Shown here piece by piece: positions 48,997 to 60,670 of a stretch of DNA of 64,000 nt. The number at the start of each line of letters is the position of its first letter. Positions within the stretch are counted from its first letter, which is position 1. Under the pieces are notes generated by a model. The model did no database searches, was not told the origin of the DNA, and saw only the letters and a program-made list of their open reading frames with translations. The stretch covers positions 1,088,001-1,152,000 of the forward strand of contig CAVYKI010000009.1 of NCBI GenBank assembly GCA_963769025.1, in the 5' to 3' direction. The position numbers and the translations under genes are program-made. The stretch is from an uncultured Verrucomicrobiae bacterium. GTDB taxonomy: Bacteria > Verrucomicrobiota > Verrucomicrobiia > Chthoniobacterales > Chthoniobacteraceae.

Positions 48997-49674
48997 CTAC
49001 TTCAGCTTCTCGTAAAAGCGGAGCGCCTCAATCTGGCTGCCGAATTCCTTCAGCGGATAGAGGCCCTTCGCCGCGCCTGCGCCGGGGTCGCGCACGAGGT
49101 AGTCGTAGCCTTCCTTGCCCGCGATGACGACGAAGTGCGTGATGCCGCCGGTGGTGCGCAGGCGGACGATGACGGGATTCCGCCGAGCGAGGTTTTCGTC
49201 GATCAGGCGGTAGCTCGGGTCGGCCTCATACGCCTTGCGCGCGATGTTTCCGGTGACCTCCGCGGCCTTCTCCCACACGAGCCAGCCGGTTCCCTCGTAG
49301 CCGTTCGCTTCGGTCACGAGTTTGTTCAGCCGGCCGGGGTCGGTGTCGGCCCCGTAGCTCGCGAGCACCATCGCGGCAGAGGCAACGGCGCAGCCTTCCG
49401 CTGCGAGCGACGCGGGGGTGTTGCCGAGGAGATCCTTTCCCCATCGCTCATCAGCCTGCCGGAAAATGGGGACATCCAGCTCGATGCGCGGCTGGAAAAA
49501 AAGTCCGCCGCTCGGCTCCAGCGGACCGAGGCGATTCCAGTCCTGCTGCCAGCGGTGCCAGCGCACCCAGCCATACACCAGGCTCCCGATGATGCTCAGG
49601 ACGATGACGAGAATCGTGAGTCGCAGCGAACGCTTCGAGTTCGGGTGCGGCAGGGCGAGCGGGTCGGCTGGCAT
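48997..49674 (-). CDS. C39-like peptidase with N-terminal anchor
   Basis: Q.DERW, GCAVASAAM, HFVVI, VRDPG (Cys-His-Asp). Confidence 0.8.
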   Translation of the reverse strand: MPADPLALPHPNSKRSLRLTILVIVLSIIGSLVYGWVRWHRWQQDWNRLGPLEPSGGLFFQPRIELDVPIFRQADERWGKDLLGNTPASLAAEGCAVASAAMVLASYGADTDPGRLNKLVTEANGYEGTGWLVWEKAAEVTGNIARKAYEADPSYRLIDENLARRNPVIVRLRTTGGITHFVVIAGKEGYDYLVRDPGAGAAKGLYPLKEFGSQIEALRFYEKLK

Positions 49675-49677
49675 GGG

Positions 49678-50667
49678 TCAGGAGCAGCGGAGCAAAATCT
49701 TCCCGCCACGCTGCGAACGCTGCGCGTGGGCAAGGGCGTCGGCGATTTGCTCGAGCGGATAGACGGCCTCGACGGGCGTCGCGATGATTCCGCGCGCGGC
49801 GAGCGCGGACAATTCGGCGAGCAACGCAGCCGCGGCAGCCTCACCGGCCTGCTGGTACCAGCGCGTGATCCACAGGCCGCGCCACACGGTGTTTTGGAAA
49901 ATCAGCAGGCCGTTCGGAATCTTCAGCGGCTGGCGGGCCATCGCGCCGAACGTGACGATGGTTCCGTCCGGCGCAAGCGCGCCTGCGAGCCGCACCGCGC
50001 TGTCGCCGCCGACGGAATTCAACGCAAGGCGGGCTGGCTCGCCGCCGGTCGCGGCCTTGATCTCGGCGGAGGTTTTTTCCCCATCCACGAGCACGACATC
50101 CGCGCCTTCGGCTTTCAGTTCATCCACGAGTTCGGGACGGCGCACGACATTCACCGTGCGCCAGCCGAAGTGCCGCGCGAGCCGGATCACGCAGCGGCCC
50201 ACGGCGGAGTTTGCGGCGTTCTGGAGGACCCATTCGCCGGGCTGCAGCGCGACGAATTCACGGAGCAGCACGAGCGCGGTCGCCGGGTTGATGCGCAGCA
50301 TCGCCGCCTGCTCCAGCGGCACATCGGATCCGATTTTCAAAAGCTCGCCCGCCTTCACATTCCCCGCTTCACGCCAGGTGCCGAATCCGTGCGGCAGGAG
50401 CACGACGCTCCCGACGACGAGGCCTTCAACGCCCACCCCGCATTCCTCGACCACGCCGACGCCCTCGATGCCCGGCGTGGCGGGCAGTGCCGGACGGACC
50501 GGGTATTTGCCCTCGATGACGTTCAAGTCCGCCGGATTGACCGGCGCGAACTTCACGCGCACCCGCACCTCGCCGGGGCCGGGGTCAGGGAGGTTCAGCG
50601 CTGCGACCCGAACGACTTCGCGGGGCTCGCCGTGTTCATGGATGATGATGGCGCGGACGTTTTGCAT
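49678..50667 (-). CDS. 2-enoyl thioester reductase (MDR, MECR/Etr1-like)
   Basis: PVNPADLNVIEGKY, GTWRE, INPATA, QNAANSAVG, LALNSVGG. Confidence 0.85.
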   Translation of the reverse strand: MQNVRAIIIHEHGEPREVVRVAALNLPDPGPGEVRVRVKFAPVNPADLNVIEGKYPVRPALPATPGIEGVGVVEECGVGVEGLVVGSVVLLPHGFGTWREAGNVKAGELLKIGSDVPLEQAAMLRINPATALVLLREFVALQPGEWVLQNAANSAVGRCVIRLARHFGWRTVNVVRRPELVDELKAEGADVVLVDGEKTSAEIKAATGGEPARLALNSVGGDSAVRLAGALAPDGTIVTFGAMARQPLKIPNGLLIFQNTVWRGLWITRWYQQAGEAAAAALLAELSALAARGIIATPVEAVYPLEQIADALAHAQRSQRGGKILLRCS

Positions 50668-50695
50668 GATGCGACGACGATGCCGGGTTCTGACG

Positions 50696-50745
50696 AAAAA
50701 GGAAGGGCGGGCGAGCTTTCAACTGGGGGAATGCTCGCCCGCCCT
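50696..50745 (-). terminator. clpC terminator
   Basis: agggcgggcgagc...gctcgcccgccct 13-bp stem followed by tccttttt on -. Confidence 0.75.
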
Positions 50746-50770
50746 CATAGGAGGAATCTGTTTCTCCGCG

Positions 50771-53257
50771 CTAAGCGGTCGGCGCCGGCTCGGAAGACTT
50801 CGCGGGCTTCGAGGCCTTGAAGGTGAGTCCCTTGTCGTCGGTGCTGACCTCGGTGGTGTCCCCGGGTTTGATGGTGCCCTTGAGCATCTCCTCGGCCATC
50901 GGGTCCTCGAGGTAGCGCTCGACGGCGCGGCGCATCGGACGCGCGCCGTAGGCCGGGTCGAATCCCTTTTCGATGAGGAAGTCGCGGGCCTTGTCGTCGA
51001 GGACGACCTTGATGTCCTTCTGCTTGATGCGCGCCACGAGCTTCGCGATCTCGAGCTCCACGATCTGCTGGAGGTCGGGTTTGCCGAGCTGGTGGAAGAC
51101 GATGAGGTCGTCGAAACGGTTGATGAACTCGGGCTTCAGCACGCGCTTCGCCTCGTTGAGCACCTTGCCCTTCATCGAGTCGTAAGTGCCGTCCTCACGG
51201 TCACCGCCGAATCCGAGCGTGACCTTCTTCATCTGCTCCGCGCCGATGTTGGTCGTGAGGATGATGATGGTATTGCGGAAGTCGATCTTCCGGCCGAGCG
51301 AGTCGGTGAGCTTGCCCTCTTCGAGCACCTGCAGGAGGAGATGCAGGACGTTCGGGTGCGCCTTTTCGATCTCGTCGAAGAGCACGACCGAATACGGACG
51401 GCGGCGCACCTGCTCGGAAAGCTGGCCGCCTTCGTCGTGACCGATGTAGCCGGGAGGCGAACCGACCAGACGCGAGATCGTGTGCTCCTCGCGATACTCC
51501 GACATGTCGAACTGGATGAGCGCATCGCGGTCGCCAAACATGTATTCGGCGAGCGTCTGCGCGAGGTAGGTCTTTCCGACGCCGGTCGGGCCGAGGAAAA
51601 TGAACGAGCCAATCGGACGCCGCGGATCCTTGAGATCCGCACGGCTGCGGCGGAGCGCCTTCGCCACGGCAATGACAGCTTCGTTCTGGCCGACGACCTT
51701 GCCCTTCAGCTCGGCCTCCATCTTCAGCAGCTTCTCGGTGTCCTCCTGCTCCATGCGGTGCAGCGGCACGCCGGTCCACTTCGCGACGACGACACGCATG
51801 TCCTCCTCGGTGACGACGATTTCCTTTTCCTCGCGCTTCTTTTCCCAGTCCTTGAGCACGGAGTCCTTCCGCTCCTTGGCCTGCTTTTCGGTGTCACGGA
51901 GAGCCGCGGCCTTCTCGAAGTCCTGCGCTTTGATCGCGCCTTCCTTCTGGGCCTTGATGGCTTCGATTTCCTTGTCGATGTCCTTGATGTCCGGCGGGCG
52001 CGTCATCGAGGCGATGCGTGCGCGGGAACCGGCCTCGTCCATCACGTCGATGGCCTTGTCCGGCAGGAAGCGCCCGGTGAGATACCGGTCGCTCAGTTCG
52101 GCGGCGGCCTTCACGGCTTCGTCGGTGATGCGCGCCTTGTGATGCTGCTCGTACTTGTGGCGGATGCCCTTCAAAATGAGGATCGTGTCCTCGACGCTCG
52201 GCGCCTCGACTTTCACCTGCTGGAAACGGCGCTCGAGCGCGGCGTCCTTCTCGATGTACTTGCGGTACTCGTTCAGCGTGGTCGCGCCGACGCACTGGAG
52301 TTCGCCGCGGCTGAGCGCGGGCTTGATGATGTTGCTCGCGTCCATCGCGCCTTCCGCGGAGCCCGCGCCGACGATGGTGTGCAGTTCGTCGATGAAAAGG
52401 ATGACGTTCTTCGTGCGGCGGATTTCGTCCATCACGGCCTTGATGCGCTCCTCGAACTGGCCGCGATATTTCGTGCCCGCGACCATGAGCGCGAGGTCGA
52501 GCGTGATCACGCGCTTGTCGCGCAGCAGCTCCGGCACGTTGCCCGCTGCGATTTCCTGCGCGAGGCCCTCGACGATGGCCGTCTTGCCGACGCCCGCTTC
52601 GCCGATGAGCACGGGGTTGTTCTTCGTGCGGCGGCAGAGGATCTGGATGACACGCTCGATTTCATTCGCGCGCCCGATGACCGGGTCCATGTCGCCCTTG
52701 CGCGCAAGCTCCGTGAGGTCGCGGCCAAATGCGCGGAGCGCGGGAGTCTTGCTGTCCTTCTTGCTGCCGGACTGCGGCGCTTCCTGCGGGGCATCCTGCT
52801 CGCCTTCCGGCGGCGTGAAATTCGGGTCGAGTTCCTTCAGGATTTCGTTCCGCGTGCGCTCGATGTCCACCTCGAGATTCTTCAGCACACGCGCGGCCAC
52901 GCCTTCGCCCTCGCGGAGCAGTCCGAGCAGGATGTGCTCGGTGCCGACGTAGCTGTGATTCAGCGCCTTCGCCTCCTTGCCCGCCAGCGCGAGCACCTTC
53001 TTCACGCGGGGCGTGTACGGGATGTTGCCGACCATCTTCTGGTCCGGCCCGCTGCCGACCTGTTTCTCGACTTCCATGCGGACGGTCTCGAGATCGAGGC
53101 CCATTTTTTGGAGGACGTTTACGGCGACGCCTTGGCCGAGTTTGATGAGGCCGAGCAGGAGGTGCTCGGTGCCGACGTAGTTGTGGTTGAACCGGTCGGC
53201 TTCCTTGCGGGCGAGTGCGAGGACCTGCTGCGCGCGGGGCGTGAAGTTATTCATCAT
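50771..53257 (-). CDS. clpC: ATP-dependent Clp protease ATP-binding subunit ClpC
   Basis: Two Clp-N repeats, [11 protein letters not shown] domain (FEKAAALRD), [11 protein letters not shown] loop. Confidence 0.96.
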   Translation of the reverse strand: MMNNFTPRAQQVLALARKEADRFNHNYVGTEHLLLGLIKLGQGVAVNVLQKMGLDLETVRMEVEKQVGSGPDQKMVGNIPYTPRVKKVLALAGKEAKALNHSYVGTEHILLGLLREGEGVAARVLKNLEVDIERTRNEILKELDPNFTPPEGEQDAPQEAPQSGSKKDSKTPALRAFGRDLTELARKGDMDPVIGRANEIERVIQILCRRTKNNPVLIGEAGVGKTAIVEGLAQEIAAGNVPELLRDKRVITLDLALMVAGTKYRGQFEERIKAVMDEIRRTKNVILFIDELHTIVGAGSAEGAMDASNIIKPALSRGELQCVGATTLNEYRKYIEKDAALERRFQQVKVEAPSVEDTILILKGIRHKYEQHHKARITDEAVKAAAELSDRYLTGRFLPDKAIDVMDEAGSRARIASMTRPPDIKDIDKEIEAIKAQKEGAIKAQDFEKAAALRDTEKQAKERKDSVLKDWEKKREEKEIVVTEEDMRVVVAKWTGVPLHRMEQEDTEKLLKMEAELKGKVVGQNEAVIAVAKALRRSRADLKDPRRPIGSFIFLGPTGVGKTYLAQTLAEYMFGDRDALIQFDMSEYREEHTISRLVGSPPGYIGHDEGGQLSEQVRRRPYSVVLFDEIEKAHPNVLHLLLQVLEEGKLTDSLGRKIDFRNTIIILTTNIGAEQMKKVTLGFGGDREDGTYDSMKGKVLNEAKRVLKPEFINRFDDLIVFHQLGKPDLQQIVELEIAKLVARIKQKDIKVVLDDKARDFLIEKGFDPAYGARPMRRAVERYLEDPMAEEMLKGTIKPGDTTEVSTDDKGLTFKASKPAKSSEPAPTA

Positions 53258-53468
53258 GGTTTGGCTGAGCTAGCCCCATGCCTCGCCACCTTTGCTCCGC
53301 ACTTCGCGAGAGCTGGAGCGCTGCAACAGGGATGCGATGCACAGTGGAGTGCCTCCAGGATTTGCGCAAGGTGCGACATCGCGGCCCGGCGAAATATTTT
53401 TTTGGCGCAGAAGGTTTGTCACATCGGCGCACTTGCGTTCGCGTCCTCCGCGTGCAAAAAACGCACCG

Positions 53469-53942
53469 ATGAAACTCCCTTCCCTCCTCCTCGTCATTTT
53501 CTCGGCCGCCACGCTGTCCCTCCACGCGCAGGTCAGTCCGATCCGCATCGCAGTCGAGCAAGTCAGCAAGACCGAAACAAAGGACAAGACGGGACGCGAC
53601 AAGACGCAGATCCGATCCCTCAAGATTTCCCTCAACAACAATTCCGCAGAGACGTTCGAAAGTCTGATGGTCAAGTATTGGTTCCTCGGACGCGACGTGA
53701 AGGACCCCGCGACCAAAGTGGTCGCCGAGGGCGAACGCAAATCCGCGCTCACTCCGCGTGGCAAGGATCTGGTGGAAAGCGAATCCGTCTCCAAGCGCTA
53801 CGTCGAGGCGCACTCTGACAAGGGCAAGAAGGTCCCGGCCTCCGGCGAAAAAATCTCCGGCTACGCGGTGCGGGTGTTGAAGGACGGCAAGGTCCTCGCG
53901 GAGTATTACAGCGAGCCGTCTTACAAAACGCTCCTCAAGTAA
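53469..53942 (+). CDS. Hypothetical secreted protein
   Basis: Signal peptide MKLPSLLLVIFSAATLSLHA; Lys-rich beta-type domain. Confidence 0.75.
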   Translation: MKLPSLLLVIFSAATLSLHAQVSPIRIAVEQVSKTETKDKTGRDKTQIRSLKISLNNNSAETFESLMVKYWFLGRDVKDPATKVVAEGERKSALTPRGKDLVESESVSKRYVEAHSDKGKKVPASGEKISGYAVRVLKDGKVLAEYYSEPSYKTLLK

Positions 53943-53957
53943 GCCGTCGCGCCCGTC

Positions 53958-54602
53958 CTATTGCGCTCCGGCAAGGATCCCCTCGCCGTGCCGCTGGATC
54001 ATGATTCCGCGCACGATCGCCTGCGCGAGCTGCTCGCGATACGCCCCGCTGGCACAGCGCCGGCCCTCGACGGGATTGCTGAGATAGCCGCATTCCACGA
54101 GCACGGCCGGATACTCGGCCTTCTTCAGCACGCGGAAATTTGCCGTGCGGATTCCCCGCGACGACGTGCCGCGAATCGCGGACAGCTGGTTCAGGATGTT
54201 GCGCGCGATCTCCGCTGAACAACGCGAATTGTAATACACCTCCGCCCCACGAATCCGAGACTTCGGCGAGTGGTTGAAATGGACGCTGACGAAAATGACG
54301 TTGTGGTTGCGGTTCGAGATCGCGGCCCGGGTGTCGAGCGGGATGAACCGGTCATCGCTGCGCGTCATCACCGTCCGGAATCCCGCATCCGCCACCTTCG
54401 GGCGCAGCCGCATCACCACATCGAGCGTCGCGTCCTTTTCCCGGCCGGCGTAGCGGCTCGTCGCCCCGCTGTCGTGCCCGCCATGGCCGGCGTCGAGAAC
54501 CACGCCCGTAAACGTCCGGCTCGTATCCTTCACGCTCGATGCGCACGCGCCAAGCAGGCACGCGACGGCTACCGCTGCCAGCGACGCAACCGCACGGCGC
54601 AC
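53958..54602 (-). CDS. N-acetylmuramoyl-L-alanine amidase (Amidase_3), lipoprotein
   Basis: LLGAC lipobox, [21 protein letters not shown]; start uncertain. Confidence 0.9.
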   Translation of the reverse strand: MRRAVASLAAVAVACLLGACASSVKDTSRTFTGVVLDAGHGGHDSGATSRYAGREKDATLDVVMRLRPKVADAGFRTVMTRSDDRFIPLDTRAAISNRNHNVIFVSVHFNHSPKSRIRGAEVYYNSRCSAEIARNILNQLSAIRGTSSRGIRTANFRVLKKAEYPAVLVECGYLSNPVEGRRCASGAYREQLAQAIVRGIMIQRHGEGILAGAQ

Positions 54603-54639
54603 CTTGCCATGTGCTTTTGCTTCACCGAAGATTGCGGGA

Positions 54640-56904
<2,265 letters not shown>

Positions 56905-56924
56905 CCCAGTTCCCTCGCGACCGC

Positions 56925-57929
56925 CTACTTCGCCAGTTCCTTCACGAGCAGCCAGAGGGTGACCCGGCCGATGGTCTGGAGGCTGGCGGCGCTGAGTTTG
57001 TCCATCGTGTCGGCGGAGGTGTGCCAGGGCGGGTAGTCGAAATCGATGATGTCCATCGCCGGGATGCGCGCGATGCGCTGCAACGACGTGTGGTCGTCGA
57101 TGATTTCACCGGCCGCATAGCCGAAGTTCCGCCGTACGCCGAGCGCCTCGGCAGCGGCAAACACACCGCTCGCGAGCGACGCTGGCGTATCGCGCGGGAG
57201 CGTGACGGTGAGGTCGGCATCGCCGATCATGTCCCACACGATGGCGAAGCGGAACTGTGCGGCGCGGCCGGTTTCGCGGAGCGCGTGTGCGTAGTGCCGG
57301 CTGCCGATGAGGCCGTCCGGTCCGATTTCCGGCGGGCCGTATTGTGCGACGGCTTCCTCGCCGTCGAAAAAAACCAGCTCGATGCGCGACGCGAGAGCCG
57401 GCGCGGTGGCGAGGACGCGGGCGAGTTCCAGCAGCGCGCCGGTGGAGGAGCCGGCGTCGTTTGCGCCGACAAAGCGGATGCCGTCCATGCGCTTCGTATC
57501 GTAGTGAGAGCCGATGATGGCGCGCTGTGTGTCCCTCGGCGCGGGTGTCTTTCCATCGGCGGGAAAACGGGCGATCACATTGACAAAATGAAGGCTCCCC
57601 TGCCCCGGAACCGGAACGTGGTCGAATGCCTGCATCTCGACTTCCCAGCCGGATTTTTTCAGCGAGTCCTCGATGTGTCCGCGTGCCCTGGTGATCGCGG
57701 CGGACCCCGAAGGACGGGGGCCGAAGCCGACCTGCGCCTCCACTTCCCGGAGGGCATTTGCGCCGGAAAATTGCTCCCACAACCGCGGCGGCACTTCGGC
57801 TCGCGTGGCACCGTCGCCTTTCGCATCCTCCTTCTTTTCCGGTGAGCAGCCCGCGCACGCCACGAGCGCGGCGGCGAGCATGACACCGAGCGCACGCAGC
57901 GGAAACAAGAAGACCTGCCGTAACGCCAC
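56925..57929 (-). CDS. M28 peptidase / glutaminyl-cyclase-like lipoprotein
   Basis: HYDT, GANDAGS, FFDGEE, DMIG, DDH, WHT. Confidence 0.88.
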   Translation of the reverse strand: MALRQVFLFPLRALGVMLAAALVACAGCSPEKKEDAKGDGATRAEVPPRLWEQFSGANALREVEAQVGFGPRPSGSAAITRARGHIEDSLKKSGWEVEMQAFDHVPVPGQGSLHFVNVIARFPADGKTPAPRDTQRAIIGSHYDTKRMDGIRFVGANDAGSSTGALLELARVLATAPALASRIELVFFDGEEAVAQYGPPEIGPDGLIGSRHYAHALRETGRAAQFRFAIVWDMIGDADLTVTLPRDTPASLASGVFAAAEALGVRRNFGYAAGEIIDDHTSLQRIARIPAMDIIDFDYPPWHTSADTMDKLSAASLQTIGRVTLWLLVKELAK

Positions 57930-57933
57930 GATG

Positions 57934-58821
57934 CTATTCCTCGTCGGGAATGCCGATGAGTTTCAGAAGCCGCTGGAGGTCGTCGTTGCCGTAGTACTCG
58001 ATCTCGATGCGCCCCTTCTTCTCCCCGTGGTGCATCGCGACCTGCGTGCCGAGATGCTGCCGCAGCCGGTTTTGCAAATGCGCGATGGCCGGCTCCAACT
58101 GCGGGCTGCTGGATGCGCCGCGCTTGGGTTTTCTTGTGCCGTTGCCGGCGAAGTGATCCGCGACGAGGCGCTCGGCGCCGCGCACGGTGAGGCCGCGCCG
58201 GAGCGATTCCTCCGCGAGCGCGAGCTGCTCCTCGTGGCCCTTTGCACTGAGCAGGACCTTTGCGTGCCCGACGCTGAGGCGCTGCTGGACGACCCACGTC
58301 TGCACCTGCGGATGCAGGTCGAGCAGGCGCATCGAGTTCGCGACGGCCGCGCGGCTCTTGCCGACCTTTTGCGCGATGTCCTCCTGCTTGAGATGGAAAT
58401 CCGTGGCGAGCCGCTGGAATGCGCGCGCCTCTTCGATCGCGTTCAGATCCTCGCGCTGGAGATTTTCGATGAGGGCGAGTTCGAGCACGTCCTGGTCGCT
58501 CGCCTCGCGGACGATGACGGGCGCCTCCTTCAGCCCGACGCGCTGCGCGGCACGCCACCGGCGCTCGCCAGCGACGAGTTCAAATTTTTCCCCCGCACGG
58601 CGGACGATGAGCGGCTGGATGACGCCCTTCTCGCGGATGCTCTCGGCGAGTTCCTGGAGGTTCTCGTCGCGGAATTCCGTGCGCGGCTGCCACGGGGACG
58701 GGATGATTTGATCGATGGGAACAGTCTGGATCCGCTCACCATCCTCGGGACGAGGCGTGGGCGACGCGACGCGCGGATTGATGAGCGCGCTGAGACCTTT
58801 TCCAAGGGCGGGTTTGACCAT
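57934..58821 (-). CDS. parB: ParB/Spo0J partitioning protein
   Basis: ALGKGLSALI, QPR, AGERRWRAA, IENLQREDLN, HTH. Confidence 0.95.
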   Translation of the reverse strand: MVKPALGKGLSALINPRVASPTPRPEDGERIQTVPIDQIIPSPWQPRTEFRDENLQELAESIREKGVIQPLIVRRAGEKFELVAGERRWRAAQRVGLKEAPVIVREASDQDVLELALIENLQREDLNAIEEARAFQRLATDFHLKQEDIAQKVGKSRAAVANSMRLLDLHPQVQTWVVQQRLSVGHAKVLLSAKGHEEQLALAEESLRRGLTVRGAERLVADHFAGNGTRKPKRGASSSPQLEPAIAHLQNRLRQHLGTQVAMHHGEKKGRIEIEYYGNDDLQRLLKLIGIPDEE

Positions 58822-58949
58822 GCGCGAGACGCTAGTACGCGGATTCGGACGGGGCAATGCGAATCGCTAACGGCAAATTCACGACGCGGGATTTTTTCCA
58901 AGGCGGCTTGCGTTTGCGGATAAAGCCAGCGACACCAACCCGCTCACAC

Positions 58950-59642
58950 ATGAAAACCCTCATTGCATTGTTCACCCTCGGCACGCTCGCATTTGCGGGC
59001 GAAAAGCAACTTTTCAACGGCAAGGATCTCGACGGATGGGATGGCAACATGAAGCTCTGGTCCGTGCAGGACGGCGCCATCACCGGCAAGACCGGCAGCG
59101 AGGGCGACACGAAGATCGGCCACAACACCTTCCTCGTCTGGAAGGGCGGCAACGTCTCGGATTTCGAGCTCACTTTCAAATACCGGATCGAGAAGGGAAA
59201 CAGCGGCGTGCAGTACCGCTCCAAGGCGCTGGCGCCGGGAGCAGCCGGGCCGATCATCAGCGGCTATCAGGCGGATTTCGAGGCGGGGAAAACCTACAGC
59301 GGCATCCTGTATGAAGAGAAAGGCCGTGGCATCCTCGCCAAGCGCGGGGAGAAAACCAAGGTCGCCACGGATCCGGATGGGAAGAAGCACAAGGTCGAGG
59401 TGACCGGGAGCGTGGGCGATTCGAACGAGATTCAGGCCTCGATCAAGGCCGAGGACTGGAACGATTACAAGATCGTCGCCAAGGGCAATCACCTTCAGCA
59501 CTTCATCAACGGCAAGCAGACCGTGGATGTGACGGACGAGCACGCGGGCGCCGCAAAGGAGGGCCTCCTCGCGCTGCAGATCCACGCCGGCCCGGCGATG
59601 GTGGTGCAGTTCAAGGACATCGTCCTGAAGACACAGGACTAG
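58950..59642 (+). CDS. DUF1080 (3-keto-disaccharide hydrolase-like) secreted protein
   Basis: LFNGKDLDGW, GNSGVQY, GYQAD, WNDY, LQIH. Confidence 0.9.
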   Translation: MKTLIALFTLGTLAFAGEKQLFNGKDLDGWDGNMKLWSVQDGAITGKTGSEGDTKIGHNTFLVWKGGNVSDFELTFKYRIEKGNSGVQYRSKALAPGAAGPIISGYQADFEAGKTYSGILYEEKGRGILAKRGEKTKVATDPDGKKHKVEVTGSVGDSNEIQASIKAEDWNDYKIVAKGNHLQHFINGKQTVDVTDEHAGAAKEGLLALQIHAGPAMVVQFKDIVLKTQD

Positions 59643-60531
59643 AGCGTGTCATGCACTTGGGTTGAAAGAAAGGTCTGTACTTTGTAAATACATCCCGGCA
59701 TCAGGCTCGGGATGGCACACAAAACTGACCAAAAGAAAACGTATCCGAGCGACGTCACCGACGAGGAGTGGGCGTTTTGCGCACCGTACCTGACGCTGAT
59801 GAATGAGGAAGCTGCGCAGAGAAAGCATGCATTGCGCACGGTGTTCAACGGGCTGCGTTACATGGTGCGTGCGGGCTGCCCGTGGCGGATGCTGCCGCAC
59901 GACCTGCCGCCCTGGCAGGCGATCCAGCAGCAGACGCTGCGTTGGATCGCGGCGGGGATTTTCGAGGACATGGCGGCGGACCTGCGGCGCATCCTGCGCT
60001 TGATCCTGGAACGCGCGGAGGAGCCGAGCGCGGTGGTCCTTGATGGACGGACGGTGCAATCCACGCCCGAGAGCGGGGCGCGCGCGGGCTATGACGGGCA
60101 CAAGCGGCGCAAGGGTTCGAAGGTGCATATCGCGGTGGACACGCTCGGACATTTGCTGGCGCTGCGCGTGACCAGCGCCGACCAGCAGGAGCGCGCGCAA
60201 GTCGAGGCGCTGGCCAAAGAAGTGCAGCAAGCCACCGGGCAGAGCGTCGGGCTGGCGTATGTGGACCAAGGCTACACCGGCCGGGACGCGGCGGACGCCG
60301 CCGCAGCGCAGGGCATCCAGCTCGAAGTGGTCAAACTCAGCACGGCCAAGCGCGGGTTTGTCCTCCTGCCCAGGCGCTGGGTGGTGGAACGTTCCTTCGC
60401 CTGGATGGCGCGCTTCCGCAGACTGGCCAAGGACTACGAACGATTGCCCCAAACTTTTGCCGACCTTCACTGGCTGGCCTTCATTACCCTCATGCTCGGC
60501 TCGCTCTTCCGTCAAAGTGCATGACACGCTC
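59642..60531 (+). mobile_element. IS5-family insertion sequence, 890 bp
   Basis: Perfect 17-bp TIRs GAGCGTGTCATGCACTT (59642-59658 / 60515-60531); TA duplicated at a CTAG target. Confidence 0.93.
59712..60524 (+). CDS. IS5-family DDE transposase
   Basis: YPSDVTDEEW, GCPWRMLPHDLPPW, D-D-E (LDG, VDQGY, RWVVERSF), RRLAKDYE. Confidence 0.95.
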   Translation: MAHKTDQKKTYPSDVTDEEWAFCAPYLTLMNEEAAQRKHALRTVFNGLRYMVRAGCPWRMLPHDLPPWQAIQQQTLRWIAAGIFEDMAADLRRILRLILERAEEPSAVVLDGRTVQSTPESGARAGYDGHKRRKGSKVHIAVDTLGHLLALRVTSADQQERAQVEALAKEVQQATGQSVGLAYVDQGYTGRDAADAAAAQGIQLEVVKLSTAKRGFVLLPRRWVVERSFAWMARFRRLAKDYERLPQTFADLHWLAFITLMLGSLFRQSA

Positions 60532-60568
60532 TAGGCGCGAGCCTCACCCGTCCGCTTCGGCTCCCGGC

Positions 60569-60665
60569 GTAGCCGGGGCCGGAATTCGAAGGCGGAGGAC
60601 CGGCACAACTGTCAGCCCAATGTCAGTTGCACCGGAGGATCCCCGCCTCCGAATTCCGGCCTCGG
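60569..60665. repeat. GTAG-led long imperfect hairpin (REP/MITE-like)
   Basis: ccggggccggaattcgaaggcgg ... ccgcctccgaattccggcctcgg outer arms, with inner caactg/cagttg. Confidence 0.6.
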
Positions 60666-60670
60666 TAAAA

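Noticed and set aside
53268..53283. sigma54-like site before clpC (AGGCATGGGGCTAGCT)
   Set aside because: Weak match, and the implied transcription start would fall on the start codon
53258..53468. CIRCE/CtsR heat-shock operator upstream of clpC or the Hsp70 operon
   Set aside because: Only partial half-site resemblance (GGCACTC); no inverted repeat with the right spacing
49784..53818. Very long opposite-strand ORFs (e.g. 1344 aa over clpC, 883 aa over the M16 peptidase, 801 aa over the kinase)
   Set aside because: Shadow frames caused by GC-rich codon bias; no recognisable motifs
57934..58821. Plasmid or prophage partition module
   Set aside because: Chromosomal Spo0J-type ParB among housekeeping genes near smc; no parA, rep or phage genes adjacent
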